Assembly: GCA_013265495.1 (NCBI GenBank)
Contig: MU057801.1
Span: 744,001-808,000, forward strand
Length of the DNA: 64,000 nt
DNA from: Vicugna vicugna
Lineage: Eukaryota
Direction: 5' to 3'
The position numbers were made by a program, and so were the translations under genes. Below, piece after piece: positions 38,214 through 49,708 of the stretch. Within the stretch, counting starts at the first letter, position 1, and the number at the start of each line of letters is the position of its first letter. The notes under the pieces are model-generated. The model had not been told where the DNA came from. It did no database searches and saw nothing but the letters and a program-made list of their open reading frames with translations.

Positions 38214-40644
38214 TGGGGTTCATCCCAGGGACACAAGGGTGGTTCAACATACACAAATTGATCGATGTAATACATCACATCAACAAGAGAAAGGACAAAA
38301 ACCACATGATCATCTCAATAGATGCAGAAAAAGCATCTGATAAAATTCAACACCCATTTATGATAAAAACTCTCACCAAAGTGGGTATAGAGGGGACATA
38401 TCTCAACATCATAAAAGCTATATACAACAAACCTACAGCCAGCATAGCACTCAATGGTGAAAAACTCAAAAGCTTCCCACTAAAGTCTGGGACAAGACAA
38501 GGCTGCCCACTATCACCACTCCTATTCAACACAGACTTGGGAGTCCTAGCCACAGCAATCAGGCAAGAAGAGAAATAAAAGGGATCCAAATTGGAAAGGA
38601 AGAGGTAAAAGTGTCACTGTATGCAGATGACATGATACTATATATAGAAAACCCTAAAAGGTCCACACAAAAACTACTAGAGCTGGTTGAAGAATTCTGC
38701 AAGGTAGCAGGTTACAAGGTTAATGTTCAAAAATCAGTTGCATTTCTTTACACTAATGATGAATCAACAGAAAAAGAAAGTAAAGAAACAATCCCCTTTA
38801 AAATAGGACCCGATGTCATAAAATACCTAGGAATAAATCTAACCAAGGAGATGAAAGAATTATACACAGAAAACTATAAACCATTGATGAAGGAAATTAA
38901 AGAAGACTTTAAAAAATGGAAAGATATCCCATGCTCCTGGATTGGAAGAATCAATATCGTTAAAATGGTCACACTGCCCAAGGCAATCATTAGATATAAT
39001 GCAATCCCTATCGAATTACCCAGGACATATTTCACAGAACTAGAACAAATCATAATAAAATTTATATGGAAACATCAAAGACCTAGAATTGCCAAAGCAT
39101 TACTGAAGAAAAAGAAAAAGGCTGGAGGAATAACTCTCCCAGACTTCAGACAATACTACAGAGCTACAGTGATCAAGACAGCATGGTATTGGTACAAAAG
39201 CAGACATATGGACCAATGGAACAGAATAGAGAGCCCAGAAATGAACCCACAAACTTTTGGTCAACTAATCTTTTACAAAGGAGGCAAGAATATACAATGG
39301 AATAAAGACAGGCTATTCAGCAAATGGTGCTGGGAAAACTCGACAGCAGCATGTAAAGCAATGAAGCTGGAACACACTCTTACACCATACACAAAAATAA
39401 GCTCAAAATGGATCAAAGACTTACACATAAGACAAGATACAATAAACCTCCTAGAGGAAAATATAGGCAAAACATTATCTGACATATATCTCAAAAATGT
39501 TCTCCTAGGGCAGTCTACCCAAGCAATAGAAATAAAAGCAAGAAAAAAAATGGGACCTAATTAAACTTACAAGCTTCTGCACAGCAAAGGAAACCATAAG
39601 TAAAACAAAACAACAACCTAAAGAATGGGAGAAAATTTTTACAAATGAAACCGACAAAGACTTATCTCCAGAATATATAAGCAGCTCATACAACTTAATA
39701 AGAAAAAGAAAAAACCCAATCCAAAAATGGGCAAAAGACCTAAACAAGCAATTCTCCAAGGAAGAAATACAAATGATCGATAGGCACATGAAAAAATGCT
39801 CAATATCACTAATTATCAGAGAAATGCAAATCAAAACTACAATGAAGTATCACCTCACACCAGGCAGAATGGCCATCATTCAGAGGTCCACAAATGACAA
39901 ATGCTGGAGAGGCTGTGGAGAAAAGGGAACCCTCCTACACTGCTGGTGGGGATGTAGTTTGGTGCAGCCACTGTGGAAAACAGTATGGAGATNNNNNNNN
40001 NNNNNNNNNNNNNNNNNNNNNNNNNNNNNNNNNNNNNNNNNNNNNNNNNNNNNNNNNNNNNNNNNNNNNNNNNNNNNNNNNNNNNNNNNNNNNNNNNNNN
40101 NNNNNNNNNNNNNNNNNNNNNNNNNNNNNNNNNNNNNNNNNNNNNNNNNNNNNNNNNNNNNNNNNNNNNNNNNNNNNNNNNNNNNNNNNNNNNNNNNNNN
40201 NNNNNNNNNNNNNNNNNNNNNNNNNNNNNNNNNNNNNNNNNNNNNNNNNNNNNNNNNNNNNNNNNNNNNNNNNNNNNNNNNNNNNNNNNNNNNNNAAAGA
40301 AAGAAAGAAAAAAAGAACATAAATACAAAACAGAAACAGACTCAGACACAGAATATAAACTTGTGGTCGCCAAGGGTGGGAAGGGACAGACTGGGAGTTC
40401 AAAATTTGTAGATACTGACAGGCATATGCAGAATAGATAAACAAGGTTATATTGTATAGCACAGGGAAATATATACAAGATCTTGTGGTAGCTCACAGAG
40501 AAAAAAATGTGACAATGAATATATATATGTTCATGTATAACTGAAAAATTGTGCTCTACATTGGAATTTGACACAATATTGTAAAATGACTATAACTCAA
40601 TAAAAAAGTTTTAATAAAATAAAATTCATATCCAGTTTAAAAAA
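38214..40644 (+). mobile_element. 5'-truncated young L1 (RT domain to 3' end), disabled
   Basis: ORF2 fragments 38210-38578 ([13 protein letters not shown]), 38611-39564 (YADD) and the C-terminus from 39773, separated by frameshifts. Perfect 16-bp TSD aagaatgcctacttga at 38198-38213 and 40645-40660. Confidence 0.96.
39993..40295. other. Assembly gap (303 N) inside the L1
   Basis: Run of n with L1 sequence on both sides. Confidence 0.99.
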
Positions 40645-42795
40645 AAGAATGCCTACTTGAACAGATCTGATCTCTCTAGATATTTGGTAACTTAAAATTC
40701 TAGAGTTGTGCTGGATCAGGTTACACGATGGAAGGTTACTGAGCAGCTAGGTCATTCTCAGAGAACTAAGATGCTGGAAACATTGATCGCTGAACACTGG
40801 TTTCCCCTCACAGAGAAACGAGAGGCATCTATGACTATTACTAAAAATATGTGGTGCCACACTGAGATATTTCCGATAAGAAAGCACATGTTTTTTAAAA
40901 ATTATTATTGGTATTTACGTTTGCCAATTTACAGAATGCTAATGTAGAAGACAGTTCATAATTGCCTATTTATTTCTTAGCAAAATTAAGGTTTTAAGAG
41001 TTTTGAGAGTTCTAATTTAAATATGTAATTAAAGCTACTAGAAATAATAAAGGAAACATTTCAGTATACAGTAGGTAAATAGGGTGTAAAAGAAGGTATA
41101 AACAATGGAATTGCATTTTCTTACCTAGAGTTGATTGTTTCCAGATGGAAGAATTAAGGGACAAAATTAAACTTACATGGACACAGAAAGTGATGGAAGG
41201 TTTGTGGAACAAGGAACCATGAGAAAAGAGTTCTGTACATGGTCAGGTTTGGCTAAGCTTAGATATAATTTAATTAAGTAAATGGATTTTGTCGTTACAA
41301 GTAAGCTGGTACGAGACTGGAGTCTGATTTTCTCTCTGTTAAGAGAACCAAGTTTTCTTGGGGTGCTAACAGACTGTGTGAGCTCCTGTGCCTTTACACG
41401 ATTTGTATCTGTTTTTTGAAATCTTTGTCACTTTAGTTGAGTGAATAAGTATTGTTTCACAGTGACCTCATGTGTTTTAAAAATCTTCTTGATATTTTTA
41501 AAACTTCCCAAATATCCAACTTTAGAGTTCTTTTAATCTCCAGCTGACTCTGGGATGCTTGCTTCAAAGGAACCCTGAGACACCTTAGAGTGGAATATTA
41601 AACCAGTTAGGCTTATCTGATGTGTTCAATTACTTTAGAAACACTGTCAAGTTACTGGAGATGAAACTTAGGTTACATTGTATGGATAAATGCCATTAAT
41701 ATAGATATTCCATAATTTATATGGAATTCCAAAAAAAAATCTGATATATCCTGGTATAATGTTATCAGTCATAATCCTAGTTATTATCTTAACATGTTAT
41801 ATGTCACAGAAATATCCCACTTTCTTGTCAATTGCATTATAATCAGATCTTTAACCAGGCCATTTTAAGTCTTGTCATTTATAGACAGTCATTGCTTTAC
41901 TCTGATGCTTTTATAAAATGAAGATCTTCAAGAAAATTCATAAAAGGGACTTTCTGACAAATAAAAGCTTCTGATAACTTATAAATCATACCACTGAACT
42001 GAGTAAAAATTACAAAACTCCAATGGAAAACCTGATGACTTCCTCCAGCTCAAAAGGAATTCATTACATGGGACCGAATGAATTGATAAGTATGATTAAT
42101 AACTTTACGACTCTGGGGGAAACAGACTGGCTTTCAGTCTTCGTTTTTCAGAAAAACCCTTCCTCTTATGCTATGACCTGCAACAAGTTGATAAAGAATA
42201 CCTTTGTAAACAAAGATGAAACATTTATCTTTTTCCCTCTATCTGATCCTTCCAGAATTTGGCTTCTCCAGCTGGCTTCCCTGTGGACTTGATGGTTTAT
42301 TGCAACCAGATTGCTACTGTTTATACTAATCATTGTTCTAATTTGTCTTTTTTTCCCAAATTGTCTATGCTTTGTGTCTCTCTCTGCTGCACTATGACTT
42401 TATCAGCGTCACTAGCTGCATTACTTGTAACCTGTCTGTTTTACAAGACTGTTGTCTCCTACATCACCCAGTGTGGAACCAGGCCTCCAACAGAACTGAC
42501 GACGGCTAAACGCCTTGGGGGCGCAGAGCCACTCACAACGCTACACAGAGTGACTGTAACGGTGTGATTCTAGGGACGGGAAGAAGCAACGGGGGAAATC
42601 TTTCCCAGATCCTAATAGATTAGTGAGCCAAGTGATCCCACAGAAGTTTAGATCATCTACAGAGTCTGATCCGAAAAGCAGCACTTGGAGCGGCCTGTCA
42701 ACAGAACCTTCTTCGCCTGATCTAGGAATGGGACAAAAACTGGTCATGAGATGTCTGCCAAAACATTGGTGGAATTTAGGACCAAGGGGGAGCAC

Positions 42796-43300
42796 TGTGA
42801 ATGAAAACATTGCCAGCCATCTCAGTAAACAAAGGATGCTGCAGCCATCAAGCTGCCACCACCGCCCCAACGGTGAGCCCTGAGGGAACCAGGATGGGGA
42901 CAAACAGGATGCGTGGGCCAAGCCCTCAGCAACCCTACAACGGTGCCCCCCGAGGGGACTCAGGATGGGAGAGAACAGGATATTGACCCTAGACAGCTGA
43001 GGTGCACATCAAAGGAATGATTTCAGTGAGCCCAGCCTCGTACACCTTCCTGTACATGGAAAAGCGCTAAATACTTAACTTGAGATGTCTGGTTTTCTTT
43101 AATTAACAGTAATCTTTTGATGTTCCGACTATTTGGTCTTTGCTGTAAAAACTCCTGTGTATCCTGGCTGCTCCTCTGCCTCTTCGGAGATGTCCCTCAG
43201 AGCGATCTGAGAGGCTGCCTCCCAGCCTTGAAGTCCTCAGGAGTCCACCAAATAAAACATAATTCTCAATTTTCAGGCTGCGCATTTTCTTCAATCAACA
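42796..43300 (+). mobile_element. 3' LTR of the ERV1-class provirus
   Basis: TGTGAATGAAAA...TTCAATCAACA imperfect inverted termini, preceded by a polypurine tract; AATAAA at ~43251. Confidence 0.8.
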
Positions 43301-43979
43301 TCTTAAAGGGACACAAAGAAGAAGTACTTCTTTTTTCTGCCTCAGGACGTCGCTCTGTCCAGGTGCAATGCCTGCAGTGCATTTTGCCACTCGGGGGACA
43401 AACCTGCACACAGGAGACATGAGGAGTGCAAAGCAGTGGGGAGGAGGAGCGAGTGTGGACCCTCCAGTCACTGAGCTGCTGCACCTGCTGGCTCCCGGGC
43501 TTTGCACAGGAGAAAAAATTCTTTACCATTTATGTTTGTTTATATTTCAGCTTTGTGTTACCTGTAACCAAAAACATCCCTGTAGATACTGAAGTGAAAT
43601 CTGACAGAATAACTGACAGGTTGTAAAAGTTACATTCACCCCACTTCATTTCTAAAGATGCGTGAGTTTCATTTCTTTACACCTGTGGTAAACTAGGTGC
43701 AGAAAGTAAAATTCTTAGACGTCAGAAAGATGTTAACACTTTGCTGTCTGGGACTGATGGTCCATCTGTAAAAGTGACTCTGATAAAGATATATTCCACA
43801 TGCCTAGAGCTAAAGCTTTAAAAAGTGAGCTGCTTTTATTTTAAACATTGTTGATACACATCTCTCAAATGCAGGATTCTAAAACTTTGTTGTTAATAGA
43901 TATCAAATGCCAATACAATAAAACAAAATACATACCCAACAAAATATAATGTTCAAATCAAGTGTGTTTCATACACATT

Positions 43980-44160
43980 TATTTATTACTTTTATTGAAG
44001 TACAGATGATGTAAATATTATATGTTACGGGTGTACAATATAGTGATTCACAATTTTTAAAGGTTATATTCCACTTATATTTATTATAAAATCCTGGCTA
44101 TATTCCATGTTGTACAATATATCCTTGTAGCTTAATTTATACATAATAGACTGTACATTT
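43980..44160 (-). mobile_element. Short L1 3'-terminal fragment
   Basis: tttttattgaagtacag...ggtgtacaatatagtgattcacaattttt...gtacaatatatccttgtagctt, the reverse of an L1 3'UTR end. Confidence 0.7.
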
Positions 44161-46908
44161 TAACATACCTAATTCTTTTGTAGAAATCCAGTTTCATCAG
44201 AATTTTTAAGGCAATGCACAGCTGCTGCCACTTCTCTCGCTCTGAACTGGGGCTGGCCTCTGTTACAGTCAAGCCCACTCACTAGGGAAAGAGCAGGAGG
44301 TGGAAATAAAACGGGCAAAGTAAGAGCCCAGCGGCAGCTCCCCTCCACTTCTAGCAGCTGGGAAGCAGAGATCTGGGGGGCAGACAAATCCACCTTGCGT
44401 CAAGTAATTATTATCAGCCACCATCATAACGGCTTACGAAAGAGCTTTGTACGCATTACCTCAAACCTCCAACAGCCCGAGGAAGCGGCAACTGTGACAC
44501 CGCGAGGGGAGGATCAGAGAGGTTAGGTCCCTGCCAGAACTCAAACCCGGGCTCCCACGCTGCCTCCCTAATTAAGTCTAGTATCAGGGGAAGGGGATGG
44601 AGGAGGCCCAGAGAGGCATGCCTGGAAATACGATTTTTCTAAGAACACAAGGGAGCTGCTGGGAGCGCCCCTGGCCTGGTCCCCCCTCGTTGCAGCAGCG
44701 AGTGGTGAAGAGGAGGCAGCCTGGGACCCCCGTGGCCAGCGGGCCATGGGAGCGAGGGCGCTGGGCCACAAGACGGGCCCACACGGCAGCCCGAGCTTGC
44801 GCCAGCGCGGAGACGGGCCTGCCATGTCCCCCCAGAGTCTAGCAAGCGGCAAAGCGCAGGCACGCTGGAAAGGGCCCCGACGCTGACTGAAGTGGAGATC
44901 AGCCAGTGGCTGAAAAGCAGCGAGCACAGGAAGCTGCTGATGGGTCAGCGCGATGTCGATATGTCCCCATGAGCCACTGCGGCGTTTCTGGCTCAACCAG
45001 GACCCAGTCTGAGCTTCTGACTGTGTTTCTTAATGGAAAGGCCTGAGGGAGTCTTGATCCTTGGCTCAGTGTTCACTGAAAAGACTCGGGGTTTATGACC
45101 CAACGCTGCTACTGAGTGTGCGCTGAAGGGGGTTCTGTTCCACCGGTTGGTGACCAGCCCATGTTTAAGCAGAATTTAACATGTGTTGAGGCCACCAGGT
45201 CTTGGAAATGAATTGTGACGTGACTGGAAATGGCATCACCTTCTTGTACTGTGAGGTGTCACAGCTTTGCGCATTCCTATTCAGCGCAAGCTAGACACCG
45301 GGACAGAGGCAATTCCTTCCTGCCCAGTTGTGTCCTTTTTCTGCCCTTTTCAGTAAATGACACCTACAGACATAGCTTTCCCTAAAGACAGCAAAAGTCC
45401 TCTGTACCCAGATCACTACAAGGCATGATGTACAATGTACGTGTTATTACAGAAGAGGTTTAATTGCAGTGCTGGGCAAAGGAAACTTAGATTGTTTTCT
45501 GTTTTTAGGGCATTTTAGTCTTGGTAAAGATACTATTTTGTGTATTGTTTGGGTCTTGAATATTCCTCAAGGTTGAAAAGTAAGACAAGTTTAGAGGAAA
45601 TTACGGCCAGTGTCACATCTGTTGAATTGTTCTTTTCTTTTAATGGTAAATAGCCAGGCTTTGGGGGAAAAAAAAACTTTCCAAAACACTCTGGGAGCTT
45701 TTTTTGCGCAAATAAATAATAGTTTTGTAGTTTTTTCTGGCTATAAAATTTTACATACTCATTATAAACATTTGAATAATATGAATAAGCAAAAAGTGAT
45801 TTCAGTATGAAAACACTGATTCGGACTGTGCAGCCCCGACGGCCGCCATTTAAGCGTCGGTGACCGTGCTCTCTGGACCTGCTGTGGCTCGTGTGTGATC
45901 TGTGTCTTCGGCATAAACACACTTTTACATGAACAGTCATTTAACATGACACTCTTATTTTTGACCCAACACGCCCTGGACACTTTTCACATCGGTGAGT
46001 GAAGACACTTAACACGATACTTAGGTGGCCCTGCCGTGCTCCGCCAGTCTCATGCTACAAAGTACCCAGCCCCGCGCTTCAGGCTGGCAGCTTCAGGCCT
46101 CCCCATGCCATTGGCAGCCCCCGGCCTGGGGAGAAGGGTGGCTGCCCAACAACCAGAAGGGCCTTTGGTTTCTTGGGTCAGGGATGCGGCAGGCCTGACA
46201 GTGTTTGCGGCTGCTGACAGGGTGGGGAGAGTGATGACTTTCTGGAGGTAAAGAGAGGGGAGGCCATCTCAGGCTTCGCTGAGTTAATTTCACAGAAAGG
46301 CCACCCTTTTACCCTGTCTTGGAGGAAGGTCATTCCACTTGCAAGCTGGCTCTGGCGGCATAAATAAGCCAACTCTGGGTCCCCTTTTGCGCTTCTTCTA
46401 CCGGCTCTCTCTTGCGTACTTTAAAAAATGTTATTTCCAGGTGTGCGTCCCTGCACCTCCTCCACCACTATCAGACTGTTACTATCAGACTCCAGCGTGT
46501 GGAGAGCGGACACAGGCATCACCCTCAGGAGGACAGCAGCAGCAGCGGGGACCTGGCTAATGCAGTCGGTAAACACGTTTTCATCTGTTAGTCTGCATAT
46601 CAGCTTATTAGTGAAGAGTGACATTTAAACGCTGGGCCTTGTCATTTCTTCACATCACATGACTTATGCACACATGTATCTGAACATGTATTATAATTTT
46701 TCCTGTTAATATGTAGGAACTCTTTATATATTGGGGATATAACTATTTCTTCTAAGTTTCAGATATTTCTCCAGTTCATTATTTACTGTCACTTCAATTA
46801 AAGGTGACATGTTTGTGTGTGTATATGTATATTTATTTATTTATTTTAGGAGCAGGAAAAAAGGAATGGAACTATTCTCTCAAAAAGAAGTATCTGCAAC
46901 ATCACACT

Positions 46909-46928
46909 CACACACACACACACACACA
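46909..46928. repeat. (CA)10 microsatellite
   Basis: Read directly. Confidence 0.85.
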
Positions 46929-47774
46929 CGGGAGACCAGGTGATCCTTTACCTCCACTCTGGGAGCTCAGCATGCGCTCCACTACACCAAGCCTATCCGG
47001 TCCAGACACGCCCTCATCTGATCAGACAACCATCCATGAGCAAAGAGGTGTACACTATTTGTACCGGAAATGTAACAAGACAGAAATAAAACATGCTGGC
47101 CACTTTAAGAAGCTGTAAAGCAGCAACACATGCCATCAGCCACCCTCTCTTCCACGCAGCCCTGAAAACACTACCAAAGGCTTCGCTGGGAGAACTCCCA
47201 CCACTAGTTACAACAGGCCCTTTCTGAGGGATGGAAACTCAGTTTGGGTTTTTGAAAATTTACAATAATGTCTCTCTGATTCTGTTCCCATGAAAAGGTC
47301 TCTGGGGGACGTGCCTAAGCCCCCCTCAAGCCTGTCCTTACCAACTGCCCCCCGGCCCTGCCGCCCCTCACCGACTCCCCCAGGCAGGGTTTCCCCAACC
47401 CCCCCTCCAGCTGGCCCACAGAGGCAGTCCTTTCTTACAGCTCATCCCTCAGGATTCAGGGTGGGTCTGGTCACGAGTGCAAGCACACAGGGAGAACGGG
47501 AGAGGGCTCTCTCAGGAGACCTTGATTCATGAGCTTGAATCCCTGCTTTAATGATGGAAACTTCCAGCTGGTGAAAACAATCTTTGGGGCAGGGAAGCTT
47601 TCAGATATTTTTCACAACATCCACACAGGTGGCTGCTGTCTCCCACAGACTCAGATCCATCTATGTGGAAATCACGCTTTTGGTTTTTCAGAATGCAAGC
47701 CCAGATAAGCCCAGCGCTGCGTGTAATGCCTGGCACGTGGCTGGTGGTGGATAAAAAATAACTGTTAAATGAAT

Positions 47775-48000
47775 AAGGGGCCTCTGGAGCCGGCTGCCTG
47801 GGTTCACGCCCTAACTCTATCACTTACGAGCTGTGCAACCTCGGGAAATGTGTTCACCTTCTCTGGGTCTCAACTGTAAAATGGGGACGGTGATACTTCC
47901 TACCCCACTGGGGAGAGGAGGAAACTGGTCAACACATGCAGAGTATGTCCAGCAGGGCCTGGCACAGGGAAAGCGCTGATTAAACGCTGCGTCTTATTAT
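47775..48000. mobile_element. MIR SINE relic
   Basis: ctggagccggctgcctgggttcacgccc...acttacgagctgtgcaacctcggg...ctgtaaaatgggg core. Confidence 0.7.
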
Positions 48001-48334
48001 TACAAATATGGAAGCCTCTCACCAAGAGAAATCCAGACGTACAAAAAGCTATTCATGTTCTCGACGCCATTTGGCGTCAACGCCATTTAGCAGACATTTA
48101 GTTAAGACATTATTGAGCACAGACATTGCTTAGCATCGACGCCACTTAGCGGGAGACACCAGGCAGCACACACGTGAGTGAAACACGAAGCCAAGGGGCT
48201 GCCAACGCCACGCGAAAGGCACAAAACACCACGGGGATCCTGAGGAAAGACCCTTCCGAGAAAGGGACAAGGACAGTTGCTGGGGAAGAATTTTACGTGG
48301 CAGGACGGCCGACACCTCCAGGGAAAAGGGATGG

Positions 48335-48725
48335 CGTGTTAGTTTGGGTTCTCTGAGAAGCAGACACCAAGAGAAGATGGAAGTGCAGGAGGTTTCCCGA
48401 GGGAACTGCCTGTGAAGGAGACGGGGACAGCCCTGAGAAGGGGGAGGCCCCCACGGCGAGGCCTGGCCCCTGCACAGAGGGGCCAGCGCTGTTCTGAGAG
48501 GCTGTGGGTCAGGCCAATGGGGAGCCCTCCGGCCAGAGTCACCCTCTGAAGGCAGCGGGGCCTGGAAGGAACAGGCCACTTGCTCAGTAACGGGCTGGGA
48601 GGAGCCCAAGAGAAGCTGGGCTTGGGCTGTGCAGCGCTGGTGACCGGGGCAGCAGGGGGCCGGGGCTCAGCCGTGCTCCCGGCAGCAGAGCTGAGGGGCA
48701 CAGAGGCTCCCACAGCGACACCAGC
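48335..48725. mobile_element. ERVL-class solo LTR (LTR16-like)
   Basis: tgttagtttgggttctctgagaagcagacaccaaga...tgcctgtgaagga...ttgctcagtaacgggctgggagg. Confidence 0.6.
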
Positions 48726-49666
48726 AAGGTCACGAGTACCTTGTGTGTCCTGGAACGCACAGTGGAGGTCACTAAATAAGTGCCATCACGGCAAATTAAG
48801 CACAAGACAGCATCAACGGGCCCCTTATCCTTTCCAAAAGGGATTTTTTCAAACTCAGCCACAACTACGAAAGTGAAGTCAAAGTACATATTCACTGTTA
48901 AAGATTACAACTACTTTTAAAACAGTGTTCAGTATCTTTCAGATGTGGTTTCAGTTTCTAAACCAATGTAAAAGACATAAAGTGGTTAAGAAACATCTCT
49001 TTTCCTAAAAATCAAAATTAAAACCCTGAAATGAGGATTCAGAACTAGCTCGGGAACAAAGCTCTATGGAGAGTCTAGAAGGTAAATCCCTTATCAACTG
49101 GTTGCTTAAGGCAGCAATCTGATCAAATGAGAACAGGAGAAACCATTCTGCAAAGGTATCAAGTGCCCCCTGAGTATGAAATGCCAGTACAGCCAAGTTG
49201 CCTCTCATGTGAGGCTGAGTCACATTAGGGGGAAAAATGGAGAAAATCAAAATTAACTTTAAACACTAGAGCCACACCCGGCAGGGAAGACGTTCCACGG
49301 TGATAGGCACGAAGGGAAGAAGGCCACTGAGGACACAGCAACTTCCCCGGTCCCACCTCATGCCAGTCGGGGCACATGGCCAGAGTGGGTCAGCACCGCA
49401 CCACTTAAACGGTCCCCTTCTATTACATACATTTATATATACACGCGTGCACACCGCACTTACTTACAAGTGCACCTTTCTCCCTTCCGGCCAAGCGTTC
49501 AGCTCACAGGTTAAATCGCATTTACGAGATCACCCCCACAAACACACACAGTTACAGGGCTTCCTTTGTTTTAAGAGGAGACCCGGCACAGGAGAGGGAG
49601 CAGCACTTGCTCGGTTCCTATTACCACACCCGCGAGAAGAGCAGTCGGCAGCGGGCCTTCCCTCGC

Positions 49667-49708
49667 ACCATCACAGAAAACACAGGGACCATCACAGAAA
49701 ACACAGGG
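49667..49708. repeat. Perfect 21-bp tandem duplication
   Basis: accatcacagaaaacacaggg x2. Confidence 0.9.

Larger units (their letters stand above)
34688..43300 (+). mobile_element. Decayed ERV1-class provirus (internal region plus 3' LTR), antisense to RALGAPA2, with nested insertions
   Basis: Degenerate PBS-like tgacca[gtta]cgaaggcac at 34688-34706; leader splice donor GG|GTGAGT at 34814-34821; gag-matrix-like WPDDGSF codons from 35596; AT-rich non-coding internal part; env-TM-like FSSWLP near 42265; polypurine tract aaggggga immediately before a TG...CA LTR. Confidence 0.75.

Noticed and set aside
38611..39564. 317-aa reverse transcriptase ORF as a domesticated gene or retron-like system
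   Set aside because: It is an internal piece of a 5'-truncated L1 ORF2, bounded by frameshifts and enclosed by TSDs.
39773..40574. Long ORFs spanning 39.8-40.5 kb
   Set aside because: Artefacts of the N run.
35580..42560. Intact retroviral gag/pol/env
   Set aside because: Only short motif-level remnants with frequent stops; no long retroviral ORF.
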